IMG/VR virus record: IMGVR_UViG_3300026549_000062 | Location: 24,266 to 88,265 of that record | Source of the DNA: a virus | Taxonomy: Duplodnaviria; Caudoviricetes | Direction: 5' to 3' (one strand) | Length of the DNA stretch: 64,000 nucleotides | Part shown: piece after piece, positions 20,450 through 30,223 of the stretch | Layout: each line of letters begins with the position of its first letter | How positions within the stretch are numbered: position 1 is the stretch's first letter | Notes under the pieces: model-generated | Seen by the model: only the letters and a program-made list of their open reading frames with translations | What the model was told of the DNA's origin: nothing | Databases searched by the model: none | Position numbers and translations under genes: made by a program

Positions 20450-21118
20450 ATGTATACAGTTATAAAGAAACAAGAATACGAAAAAGATGAAATTTTAAAA
20501 ACTTTTGATACAAAAGAAGAAGCAGAAGAATATAAAGATTATTATGAAAGACTGCATTTTGATTATATACTAGATAGAGATAGTTGCTATGATAGAACAG
20601 AAGTATTCGTTGTACAAGAAAAGAAACCTACAGATAAAAATATTTATAAACCTAAATTTGTAAATAGTATTATGAACGTTTCGATTAAATTAAGTGAAAG
20701 AATTAATAGCGAACCATTTCTTATTATCGAAATTAATATTGATAAAACACGAGATAGTGAAAATATGGTTGATACCGAAAAAGTATTTGAAAATGACGGT
20801 AAATTTGCTTGTTGTTCGTTTATTAGGTATAGTAAAAATATGAATTTTATAGATTATTGCAGATTAGCGCGGGAAGAATTCTTTAAGAACGTAACAAAGA
20901 TTTTCTGTGAAATGAATGATAATTTAGAAGATTTTGGACTTGTTAAATTGGCATGTATTAATAGTGGAACAATTATGTGTATAGAAAGAGAAACAAATTT
21001 ATTCTATGAAAAATATTTAGATAATGTAAAAGATATTGATAACAGGATCAAATTAAAATTATTAGATTGCTATAATGAAGCTAATACAAGATTTGGTAGT
21101 GAAAGTTATGAATTATGA
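20450..21118 (+). CDS. Hypothetical, F..xEEA N-terminal motif family
   Basis: ILKTFDTKEEAEEYKDY; RBS AAGGAGG. Confidence 0.75.
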   Translation: MYTVIKKQEYEKDEILKTFDTKEEAEEYKDYYERLHFDYILDRDSCYDRTEVFVVQEKKPTDKNIYKPKFVNSIMNVSIKLSERINSEPFLIIEINIDKTRDSENMVDTEKVFENDGKFACCSFIRYSKNMNFIDYCRLAREEFFKNVTKIFCEMNDNLEDFGLVKLACINSGTIMCIERETNLFYEKYLDNVKDIDNRIKLKLLDCYNEANTRFGSESYEL

Positions 21119-21318
21119 CAGAAGTATATGATTTTAAAGATCTTGATTTAGATAAGAAAATAGAAGTATTTATAGATTGTATAAATGATATTAAGAATAA
21201 TATATAATGGTATCTTAAATGATACCATTATATATTTTTGTAAAAAATTTTTATTTTTCATTTACATACTATAGTGGTGAGCATTAGTTATGAGTATTTA
21301 ACGAAGGAGGTAATAACG

Positions 21319-21744
21319 ATGCTTGATGTTAAAATGAAGTACGGGAGAAACTATGATGGCGATGGAAGCACATATTTATCCAGAACGTCTGGAAACGTCA
21401 AAGAGACCTTGGTCTGGTTTAATGAATATTCTGATATTGATCAGGAAATCGAAACCCCTCAATGCATGGTAGCAACCATTCCAGTGAACAGAGTGAAGGC
21501 TACCTATTATGGTACCAAAAAAGAACTAAAAATCATATGCATCAACTTCCATCGGGAAGAGAAAGTGATCAATTTCACTCACGGTGGTTATGACTATTAC
21601 CCAGTGCCGGACAATCTTATCAGGATTTTCTCTGATGGGAAGCTGGTGCACCAGTACTCATTGGGTGGTGATTTCCATCTCACGAAAGAAAAATTTGCAA
21701 AGGAGGTGAAAGGAGAACTTAGTTACTTAGTCACAGAGAAATGA
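21319..21744 (+). CDS. Early protein, GC-richer codon usage
   Basis: Early promoter 21261, RBS AAGGAGG, terminator 21764-21786. Confidence 0.75.
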   Translation: MLDVKMKYGRNYDGDGSTYLSRTSGNVKETLVWFNEYSDIDQEIETPQCMVATIPVNRVKATYYGTKKELKIICINFHREEKVINFTHGGYDYYPVPDNLIRIFSDGKLVHQYSLGGDFHLTKEKFAKEVKGELSYLVTEK

Positions 21745-21763
21745 TCAACTCAATATCAATTAT

Positions 21764-21786
21764 CCCCGTGGAATTTTCCACGGGGA
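21764..21786 (+). terminator. Intrinsic terminator
   Basis: CCCCGTGGAA/TTCCACGGGG then TCTTTTT. Confidence 0.75.
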
Positions 21787-21867
21787 TCTTTTTGTAAAAT
21801 CTTTGTTTTTTATTTACATACTATAGAAGTGGAGAAGGTCGATTTCTATTCACAGGAGGATAAAGAA

Positions 21868-22311
21868 ATGAAAGAATTTGCTGACTTCAAAAAAGAGGCC
21901 TATCTCTGCCTCTCCGAAATCTTCGGACTCTTCGAGTTCCTGAGCATGTACAAAAAGATGTACAACATGGACGAGAAGAGCAAACTTCCGGAAGCTTTCG
22001 ATATCATCATCTGGTTCATCTACAGCAAAAAGGAGGAGCTGAAGGGGATGAGAAAAGAAAATATGAATTTCACAGACGAATACCACGATCGTTTCTATGC
22101 AAAATGCATGAAAGATTCTGAAATCAAACATCTGAAAAGCATAAAACGTTTCATGGCTGAGTCGGTCAAAATGGAAATCAATTCGTGGGATCTGCAGAAA
22201 TTGCAGTATACCTATGATCGGCTTCTGGACCGTATGCCAAACACTGAGTTCGCAGCAGTTGTAAAGAGGATCGTCATCGACAAACTCTTGGAGAAAGGAG
22301 GAAATCTCTAA
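21868..22311 (+). CDS. Early protein, GC-richer codon usage
   Basis: Early promoter 21813, RBS AGGAGG, terminator after. Confidence 0.75.
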   Translation: MKEFADFKKEAYLCLSEIFGLFEFLSMYKKMYNMDEKSKLPEAFDIIIWFIYSKKEELKGMRKENMNFTDEYHDRFYAKCMKDSEIKHLKSIKRFMAESVKMEINSWDLQKLQYTYDRLLDRMPNTEFAAVVKRIVIDKLLEKGGNL

Positions 22312-22445
22312 TCCAAGAAGTTTGTCATCACTACAGAATCCGGTACTATATAGTACCGGATTTTTATATAAATTTTATTTTATTTACATACTATAATAGT
22401 GAGAAGTGTTAACTATATTATTTTATACTATAGGAGGTATAAATA

Positions 22446-22781
22446 ATGCTGTACGCAAGAAAAGTAGTTGGTCTCTTCAGTATCGAAGATCGTCCTGAAT
22501 ATGTGATATTTAAGGACAAAGAAGATTGTTTTGTAAAAGGACCAGGATGCGCAAAGAATGCAAAATTCTATACTATGATTGAAACTCACAGAGTAGATAA
22601 CAAACCAGATTACAGATATGCTGATATTGTGATTCTCCCAAGCAAAATGGGTTTTCCTGACTATCATCATCCGTTGTATAGGGAAGTGATCAAAGACTCG
22701 GAATGCAATGATGGTGTTCTCATTGATAAGACTTCTAATTATCTCAAAGAAGATATTGAAGTAGTAGACACAAGAAGCTAA
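22446..22781 (+). CDS. Early hypothetical protein
   Basis: Early promoter 22383, RBS AGGAGG. Confidence 0.75.
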   Translation: MLYARKVVGLFSIEDRPEYVIFKDKEDCFVKGPGCAKNAKFYTMIETHRVDNKPDYRYADIVILPSKMGFPDYHHPLYREVIKDSECNDGVLIDKTSNYLKEDIEVVDTRS

Positions 22782-22804
22782 AAAGAAAATAATTAAATAT
22801 AAAT

Positions 22805-22830
22805 TCCCCATACTCAATATGAGTATGGGG
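22805..22830. terminator. Bidirectional terminator between convergent genes
   Basis: TTCCCCATACTCA/TGAGTATGGGGAA. Confidence 0.75.
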
Positions 22831-22838
22831 AATATTTT

Positions 22839-23885
22839 TTATACTAATTTATATACATATTCTCTTATATGATTTTTATCTACACCAAAATCTTTTTCTC
22901 CGGTAAATGTATTTACATGTACCCATATACTTATCTCTAAATTTTTAAAAGTTCTTTGTATATTTGGTAGTACATATTTCTTTATATCGTTATCTATGTA
23001 TATATGAAATTCAGCATTTACTATTCCTAATTCACATATGCAATATTCGATAACCTTCTCATATGTATTACCACCAATACTAATATATACATTATTTTTT
23101 CTATTAGCATTTCTAAGATTATAGAATACAGATAATATATCAAAAGTTCCTTCTGCTAAATGTATCTGTATCATATCATATAGATTACATAAACTAGGAA
23201 TGATATAATACCCAAAGAATGGATTATTGTTAAATAGTTTATACTTCACATATCTATCACTAATAGACTCTGGAAGTTTAATATCTCCATTAGTTATATT
23301 TCTAAATATAATAGAAGAGTTATTGTTTGTTAAGAAACCAACAAAGTATTTATCCAAACAATTTATAATATATTCGTTTCTAGTAATCTGGTTTATATAG
23401 TTATACTTTATAAGATTAGTAAGGCTAAATACTATCTTATCCTTTAATAGTTCATCAAAGGATAGATCCAATCCTAAACGCTTACAGATATACTGTCTTT
23501 TTAGTTCATCTTCTTTTCTAATGTAAGGAGATACTTTAAAGTTATACTTACCATTATTCCTAATAGTATATCTAACCCTATTATATTCTCTTTTACTATT
23601 AGACTTTAGTTTATCCATTAAATCATCGTTAACTAAGACAGGATTATCCACTAAAGAGGACAAAGCCTCTTTAGTGAGTAAACCTTTATGGGTAGAATCT
23701 TTAAAACAATTGTACTGTGGAGCTCCTTTATATCCCAAAGATATATACATGTGATGACCATGATCCTCGTGTCCTTCTCTCTTACATAAAGGACAATTAA
23801 TCATAACCTCAGTCTTAGCCCCATTATCTTTAGCATCTGGAAATAAATAGTGTAAATGATTTCTTAGTTCATCTTGAATACTCAT
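22839..23885 (-). CDS. DNA primase (Zn-binding domain plus TOPRIM)
   Basis: CPLC..H.H...YNCFK..HKG Zn ribbon; LAEGTFDILS, IDND, KDFG. Confidence 0.85.
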   Translation of the reverse strand: MSIQDELRNHLHYLFPDAKDNGAKTEVMINCPLCKREGHEDHGHHMYISLGYKGAPQYNCFKDSTHKGLLTKEALSSLVDNPVLVNDDLMDKLKSNSKREYNRVRYTIRNNGKYNFKVSPYIRKEDELKRQYICKRLGLDLSFDELLKDKIVFSLTNLIKYNYINQITRNEYIINCLDKYFVGFLTNNNSSIIFRNITNGDIKLPESISDRYVKYKLFNNNPFFGYYIIPSLCNLYDMIQIHLAEGTFDILSVFYNLRNANRKNNVYISIGGNTYEKVIEYCICELGIVNAEFHIYIDNDIKKYVLPNIQRTFKNLEISIWVHVNTFTGEKDFGVDKNHIREYVYKLV

Positions 23886-25663
23886 ATTAGCATCACAAAC
23901 CTACAAACCTCTTCTGATACAATATCTGGAATGATATTGATCTGGATACCGTTATTCTCTGGATTATAGTAGTCTATAGTCTGGAACTCTGAAGATAGTA
24001 TTTGAGCAATAAGGGACAGAAGTACATCTTTCTCAATCTTTTCATTATTATACTTCTTATGAATAAGAGGATAATACTTAGAAGATTCTATTTTTTGCAG
24101 TTCTTTCTTATTAATATTCTTTCTAGTTACAACACGATTTACACGTCCACCAATAATATATGGTAATTGATACATACCATAAGACTGTAATAATCTTCTA
24201 GCAGCAATGATAAGAATAATATATTGACGAATATTGATAATACGAGCAGACTGTGGATCATCAAATTCTTTAGCAAAGAGATAAGTAACCAAAGTCTTTT
24301 GAAGAGAATTTACTGTAAATTGACCATTCTTACAAAGCTGAGTATAATAGAACTTAATCTCATTTTCATCAAATGGTCCATAAGAAAGTTCTATACGTTG
24401 CATTGTAGTATTGCAATTTACATTAGTCTGAATCATGATTGCTTCGTTAATCTTAGCAGCATGAGCTTCAAACTTATCACATTCACTATTGTTATCTTCA
24501 TCTCTATTTGAAGAGGAAAGAACTACAAATCCAAATTCGTATGGCACTTCTGTTACTTTATACTTAAGGTCTCTATTAATAGCATTATAATTGAAGTGAA
24601 TGATATTCTTATTATAGCTATACTTTGGGATAATCTGCATGATAATGTTTTCTTCTGTTTCTATAGAATGTGTTGTAGCATTCTTAGAACGGATAGGTTG
24701 CATTTCCCAAAGAGTAGAGTTATTTGAGATATTCTTAGTAACGTTAGATGAAGTTGTCTCATAAATCTTAGAGCCAATATCTACGTTATAAATCTCATTA
24801 GAAATTTGGAATAGAAGATCAAATGCTTTTAAGAGAATACCTCTAATATCTTTCTGATCAATATTACGTTTAGTAATAAAGTGAGTAATAAGAGGAATCA
24901 TCATATTCTGCATAACAGAAATCTTAAGCATAATCTTAGCATGGAAATTAGAATACTCAAGTACAGGAGACTTATTATTCTTATAATCCAATACAAGATT
25001 ATACTGTTCATTATTCATCTTATCTAGGCAATAGTTAAGATATTGAGAGGTATAAGTACAATTAGGATTGATAAAGTCTTTCCATAAATCATGAAGAAAC
25101 ATATCAAGATTGTAACGTGGTTCGCAATCAATCATATATTTCTCTTTAGCATATAAACCTAGGAGTTGCAATTCTTTATCATAATAGGTTTCAAAGTAAT
25201 TCATGTAGTTTGTGCAATGATCTCTAAAACCTACATTAACTTTACCGTCTTTAATCTTTGTATCACTATTATAGCATCTTTTCGCGGTAACATAGAAAAA
25301 GTCGATCATATTTATAGCTTCAGTATTATCGTCACTAATACCAAAGAACTTATGAATCGGCGCAATGATAGCCCCACGAATGTGAGTAAAAATTCTTTCT
25401 TCTGGTTTAGTAGGAACCCATTCATCAATAGGAATTTGATGTTCTATATTAGGATTTCCTTCATCTGTCTTCAAGTAACTTCTCTTATCATGTGTTGAAA
25501 TCTTATTAGCGTTGGAATAAATATTCTTATTAATCTGAATAGCAGCAGGAATAAGCTTTCCTTCCGGATATAGAGATTTGTCCAACGTATAATGAGGAGC
25601 ATAGAATCGTTGGTCATTATAAGTTAATTTACCATCGTTAATAGATTTCTCGTCATATGGCAT
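23882..25663 (-). CDS. Probable promoter-specificity (sigma-like) subunit of non-virion RNAP, AR9 gp226/phiKZ gp68-like
   Basis: Synteny as recalled (next to primase, two genes from chaperonin), size, own early promoter 25711-25723; no diagnostic motif recognised. Confidence 0.5.
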   Translation of the reverse strand: MPYDEKSINDGKLTYNDQRFYAPHYTLDKSLYPEGKLIPAAIQINKNIYSNANKISTHDKRSYLKTDEGNPNIEHQIPIDEWVPTKPEERIFTHIRGAIIAPIHKFFGISDDNTEAINMIDFFYVTAKRCYNSDTKIKDGKVNVGFRDHCTNYMNYFETYYDKELQLLGLYAKEKYMIDCEPRYNLDMFLHDLWKDFINPNCTYTSQYLNYCLDKMNNEQYNLVLDYKNNKSPVLEYSNFHAKIMLKISVMQNMMIPLITHFITKRNIDQKDIRGILLKAFDLLFQISNEIYNVDIGSKIYETTSSNVTKNISNNSTLWEMQPIRSKNATTHSIETEENIIMQIIPKYSYNKNIIHFNYNAINRDLKYKVTEVPYEFGFVVLSSSNRDEDNNSECDKFEAHAAKINEAIMIQTNVNCNTTMQRIELSYGPFDENEIKFYYTQLCKNGQFTVNSLQKTLVTYLFAKEFDDPQSARIINIRQYIILIIAARRLLQSYGMYQLPYIIGGRVNRVVTRKNINKKELQKIESSKYYPLIHKKYNNEKIEKDVLLSLIAQILSSEFQTIDYYNPENNGIQINIIPDIVSEEVCRFVMLI

Positions 25664-25710
25664 GTTTCATTTTCCTCCCTTTACTATTATACCCTTCCTG
25701 TATACATTAC

Positions 25711-25723
25711 TATAGTAAGTAAA
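25711..25723 (-). promoter_or_regulatory. Early-type promoter motif on minus strand (representative)
   Basis: Further - copies at 30200, 32421, 32701 (TTGACGTAATATA variant), 33011, 40230 (variant), 57004, 60918. Confidence 0.75.
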
Positions 25724-25734
25724 CGAAAATAATT

Positions 25735-26526
25735 TTAATAATGTTTATTAACGTATTTAACAGTTTTAGAACTTCGTTTTTTGTTATCTCTTTCTACCAT
25801 TTTAGTATGTTTAATACTCTTAGTTCTAGAGGTATATCTATTTACTTTATCTGAAATTTCTCCTTCATTCTCAGGATTTGCTATATGAACATTTCCATAC
25901 TTAATATCCTTACTAAGTTTAGATAGAGATTGTGCTTGTATAACCTTATTCTCTGAATTCATTACCCATCTATTAATAAATCCCTCAAATCTAGATATAT
26001 CGGCTGCATTAATCCACATGAGCTTATTATCTAGACCTCTGCTTTTTATAAACAGATAAGCAAAATAAATAGACTTTACATAACCAACCATCTTATTTGG
26101 GTTGGTTGTTTTTGGTTTTTCTTTTAATGATTTAGGAGATAATTTAGATTTGAGTTCTGGGATTATAAGTCCTCTTTTATTAAATACGTAAGCGTAAGTA
26201 AATGTAAAGTTTGGATCGTTAGAGAAGAATCTAACATAATAACCGTTTAAATTACCAATTCTCTTTTTAACGTCTTCTGTAGTTATAAAGTCTAATACTA
26301 CATCATAAAACAACTTAGGTGTATTCTCTGAAGGAATCTTAAGATAGATTATATATCTTTCTTGGTCCTTCTTAAATAATACATAATTTATATTATTGGC
26401 TACTTTGAGCATAAGTTTGTTATACTTATCAGTATAAACATTTCTTGCTACTTCTTCTTCACCAGTAATTCTTGTTCTTGCTCCACTAGGATTTTTAATA
26501 TATTGATCGAGTGTAATCTTATCCAT
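25735..26526 (-). CDS. Conserved-looking basic hypothetical protein
   Basis: 263 aa; LKIPSE..FYDVVLDF..FFSNDPNFTFTYAY..TNP..GYVKSIYFAY. Confidence 0.75.
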   Translation of the reverse strand: MDKITLDQYIKNPSGARTRITGEEEVARNVYTDKYNKLMLKVANNINYVLFKKDQERYIIYLKIPSENTPKLFYDVVLDFITTEDVKKRIGNLNGYYVRFFSNDPNFTFTYAYVFNKRGLIIPELKSKLSPKSLKEKPKTTNPNKMVGYVKSIYFAYLFIKSRGLDNKLMWINAADISRFEGFINRWVMNSENKVIQAQSLSKLSKDIKYGNVHIANPENEGEISDKVNRYTSRTKSIKHTKMVERDNKKRSSKTVKYVNKHY

Positions 26527-26626
26527 AAAATTTCCTCAACTTTAATTGTGGGTAGGAATTTTAAATCCTACCCACAATCTATATTTTCTAGTAGTTTATA
26601 AAATTCTTATTTAATAATTATGTTCT

Positions 26627-28579
26627 TCAGTCTTTATTAATTAATTCTGATACAGGAACTGATTCTGGTTTCTGTTCAACAACTTCTGGTTCTGTAACAT
26701 TCTCAACCTGCTTTGTGTTATTAATAGAAATCTTATCATCTCCCATAGTATAAATATTGAACTGTGGAGATGGGAGAAGGAACTGATTAGTATCATAGAG
26801 AATACTCATAATTCTTGAGATAGAATCAAGAATAGCAGGTTCTGTCTTAATAGAAGTCAGAACCTTATCATCAAAGTCTTCTGAGATGATATTAAATGGC
26901 TTTCTAAGGCTTTCATCTTCATTAGCAAGGCTAAGAGCAACAATCTTAAGAGCATCTTTTTCATTATCATCAGTATATGGAAGATAAATAAGCTCTACAA
27001 GTCTTACGTAAGAACGAAGAAGAGCATCGGATACTTCAGCTTTAATCTTAGCAATAAGAAGTTCATCTTCAGATGCATTCTTATTGTCTTCAACTTTCTT
27101 AAGTTCTTCTTCATATTTAGAACTCATAGAATTAAAGACTCTAAGACCTTCATAATTGGCACCATAACCAACACCATCTTGAGCTGCTGAACGGCAATTA
27201 AGAACAGCATCTTCTACAGAATCTGATAGAGCCATTCTATCTGTTGTACCAATACCACCAACAAATAGATCTACCATGTTACCACAGAGACGATTGATTC
27301 TTCTCTTTAGTTTACCAATAAGAACGACTTCCTGATTGGTTTCTTCGTACTTAGCAAGTTCTGCTTTAAGCGAATCAATATACTGGTTAAAGAAAGTAGA
27401 AAGTTCTCCCTTTTCATCATACTTCTTAGAAGGATTAATAATTTTCATAGAGGTAGAGTCGATAACAGCCTTTTCTGTAGTTCCAGCAAATGTTTTAATA
27501 TTCATTGCTGTTGGGAAGAGACCTTCTTTTTCATCGCGTTTCTTCTCTTCTGGATCAATATACTTCTTAATAGTCTTACCACCAGTAAGTTCTTTGATAT
27601 CAATGATATCATTTTCGTCTTTAAATCCAGAAACAATGCAGAACTTAGCACGCTGTTCAACTGGTGTATTGGTAAAGTTAGTAACAAGAGAATCAATATA
27701 ACTATTTGCATCTCTTGTAATAAATGGGCAAATAATAAGAATATCATTAGGCCATGGGGTTTTAATCTTATTAGGATTCTGTGTCTTCTGATATTCTGCA
27801 TTGATCTTTCTATATGGAGCATCCACTTCAACAATATAGATCATCTTGAGAATATCAATCATTTCTGGAGTATCAATTGGAGAATGGAATAGATAAACAT
27901 GAGGATTATTGAGAACACAAGAATTTGTAGTTGGATCATTGATAAAGCATGGATCAATATAACCGCAATTATAATCCATACCACCATAAACCTTAATCAC
28001 AGTATCTGGTGTGTTAGATGCTGATACATCAATAAATGTATCAAACCCATTCTTATCATAAATATCCCTAATTGTCTTAGCCATCTCTTCATTACCATTA
28101 AGAGACGTAAAAGCAATGTTATAGATATCATCTAGAGTGCATTTATGGCCTTTAGACTCTATCTCTTTACTTGCTTCCTTAATAAGTTCCTTAAAGACCT
28201 TGATAATCTTTCTCTTTGGGAATCCTTTATTCTGAAGATCTAGAAGAGAATTAAAGATATTGTAAGCAAGAATTGTAGCTGATGTGGTTCCGTCACCTAC
28301 AGTCTTAATTACCTGAGTACAGATAGTAATAATCTCTTCTCTAATCATAGCTTCAATAGGCTTATCTACTTGAATATTTTTAAGAACGGTAAAACCATCC
28401 TTAGAGTAATTACAAACTACTGAAGTTTGTGATTTAGACGAAGTAGATCTACTATAAGCAGAATATCCACCCATAGGGCCATATGTATGACCAACTGTAT
28501 CTGCCATTAATTTAAGAGCTCTAAGCTGAGCTTCTCTAAGCTGTTTTTCTGGTACGACGTTATCAACAAGTTTTTGCAT
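26627..28579 (-). CDS. groEL: Phage GroEL-like chaperonin
   Basis: TYGPMG, SKDGFTVLKNI, VGDGTTSATILA, DSVEDAV, GVGYGA. Confidence 0.95.
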   Translation of the reverse strand: MQKLVDNVVPEKQLREAQLRALKLMADTVGHTYGPMGGYSAYSRSTSSKSQTSVVCNYSKDGFTVLKNIQVDKPIEAMIREEIITICTQVIKTVGDGTTSATILAYNIFNSLLDLQNKGFPKRKIIKVFKELIKEASKEIESKGHKCTLDDIYNIAFTSLNGNEEMAKTIRDIYDKNGFDTFIDVSASNTPDTVIKVYGGMDYNCGYIDPCFINDPTTNSCVLNNPHVYLFHSPIDTPEMIDILKMIYIVEVDAPYRKINAEYQKTQNPNKIKTPWPNDILIICPFITRDANSYIDSLVTNFTNTPVEQRAKFCIVSGFKDENDIIDIKELTGGKTIKKYIDPEEKKRDEKEGLFPTAMNIKTFAGTTEKAVIDSTSMKIINPSKKYDEKGELSTFFNQYIDSLKAELAKYEETNQEVVLIGKLKRRINRLCGNMVDLFVGGIGTTDRMALSDSVEDAVLNCRSAAQDGVGYGANYEGLRVFNSMSSKYEEELKKVEDNKNASEDELLIAKIKAEVSDALLRSYVRLVELIYLPYTDDNEKDALKIVALSLANEDESLRKPFNIISEDFDDKVLTSIKTEPAILDSISRIMSILYDTNQFLLPSPQFNIYTMGDDKISINNTKQVENVTEPEVVEQKPESVPVSELINKD

Positions 28580-28594
28580 ATTGTTTCCTCCTAT

Positions 28595-29257
28595 TTATCC
28601 TTCAGGTAATCTGAAATCAGCATATGGAGATATAAACTTAAACTCTACTGAATCAGCATATTTAACAACCGTAGGATTTATAGCTTTGTTTTCCATATCA
28701 AAATCTAAATAATTCAAAGCATAATCGAATACGTATATAGTCTTACATATTACATTCTTCATATTATTCAATTCATTTAGATCATGTATATATAAGCATC
28801 CATAATCAGATACATCTTCTTCATTTATCTTAGTAATCCAATTAGTATTCTTAGCTACTATCTCAATATGTTTCTTCTCATACTCATTTCTACAATTTAT
28901 ATATATTCTATACCCAGATTTCTTATAACCAGAATAGATCATTTTGAGAATATCGGTACGAGGAGAAAATTTAATTACATTAACCCATCTTTTATCTAAT
29001 AATTCTTTATATAGATTATCAGCGGATGATTGGTAATCTTTATTTAGTAATATACAAATAGGATTTACTTCTTTTCTAGTAATAGAAGCATATTTGAAGA
29101 AAAATATATTATCTTGAAATAAATATGGCTTAAAGAATTTAGACCTAGGATATCTATCCATAAGATAATATAGAACCCCTAAATCAGTATCAAATAGCAT
29201 ATTAAAGTCTACTAATATATTCCTTCTTTTTGCTTGCTCAACATAATGATCTTCCAT
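28595..29257 (-). CDS. Possible HAD-fold protein (degenerate motif I)
   Basis: N-terminal ILVDFNMLFDTD resembles HAD motif I. Confidence 0.35.
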   Translation of the reverse strand: MEDHYVEQAKRRNILVDFNMLFDTDLGVLYYLMDRYPRSKFFKPYLFQDNIFFFKYASITRKEVNPICILLNKDYQSSADNLYKELLDKRWVNVIKFSPRTDILKMIYSGYKKSGYRIYINCRNEYEKKHIEIVAKNTNWITKINEEDVSDYGCLYIHDLNELNNMKNVICKTIYVFDYALNYLDFDMENKAINPTVVKYADSVEFKFISPYADFRLPEG

Positions 29258-29335
29258 GTATCTCTATCTCCTAAAAATAAATCACTCCATAAGACTTTCA
29301 TCTTATGGAGTGATATTCTTATAAGATAATTTAAA

Positions 29336-30103
29336 TTATTGAATTAGGTTCTTAAATTGTGATGCATCATAAGTCTGAGTTGTTGTCTGACCATTCATCT
29401 GAAAACCATTAGTTGCCTGACCTTGCTGGCCACCAGTAAAGAAACCAGACTTACGCTGATAATTAGTTGAAAGATCTACACCAACTTTAGCTGCAATTTT
29501 ATCGAGATATGGATAAAGTTCATGAGCAACAGTAAATGCAATAGTCTTCGTCATGGCTACATAATACTGCTCAAGTTGTTCGATAATCATATCAATATCA
29601 AGGTTCTTAAACATCTCAAAATCCTGTTTATAGTCTTTTGGAGATGAAGCACTGAATCCCACCACTGAGCTATAGAAGTCATTGCGGCATTCATAAGAAT
29701 AAGAGAGCTCAATGTTACCAGCATCGCCGAGTTTACGAATAGTAATAACTGGATCATTGGTATCTTTGCCAAAAGTCTTTGCGCTATCTACAGAAATAAT
29801 GCATTGAGGAGTATTAACACCATAGTTTGAATACTTCTCCGGGTCTTCTTTAAACTTCTTAAGAATTGTAGCAAACATGTGTGCTTTAGACGGAGTTAAA
29901 AAGATTGTAGCTGAATTGCGATAATCATATTTAGCAGGTTCATCATTACCAGCACCACTTTCGATAACAGGAATGATAGAAACCTTAAGAGTAGTTTTCC
30001 ACATACTAAATGTAAGACCAGTTTTATCAATTGTAGACACTGGGTTATACATTGCATAACCACTATAAACTGTTGGCGAATAACCTTGATCCTGATAACT
30101 CAT
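29336..30103 (-). CDS. Highly expressed protein, possible ssDNA-binding protein
   Basis: Biased codon usage, G/Q-rich flexible C-terminal tail, early and late promoters upstream; function inferred only. Confidence 0.35.
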   Translation of the reverse strand: MSYQDQGYSPTVYSGYAMYNPVSTIDKTGLTFSMWKTTLKVSIIPVIESGAGNDEPAKYDYRNSATIFLTPSKAHMFATILKKFKEDPEKYSNYGVNTPQCIISVDSAKTFGKDTNDPVITIRKLGDAGNIELSYSYECRNDFYSSVVGFSASSPKDYKQDFEMFKNLDIDMIIEQLEQYYVAMTKTIAFTVAHELYPYLDKIAAKVGVDLSTNYQRKSGFFTGGQQGQATNGFQMNGQTTTQTYDASQFKNLIQ

Positions 30104-30156
30104 ACATAGTCCTCCTTAAAAATAAATGAACTATAAAGATGTTGAAGACGTTGTAA

Positions 30157-30184
30157 AGTACTAGAGGACAAAGCCTCTAGTACT
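30157..30184. terminator. Terminator/attenuator hairpin
   Basis: AGTACTAGAGG/CCTCTAGTACT, nearly identical to 2510-2537. Confidence 0.65.
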
Positions 30185-30223
30185 CTTTATCTTCATAATA
30201 ATAGTATGTAAACAAAAAATCTT

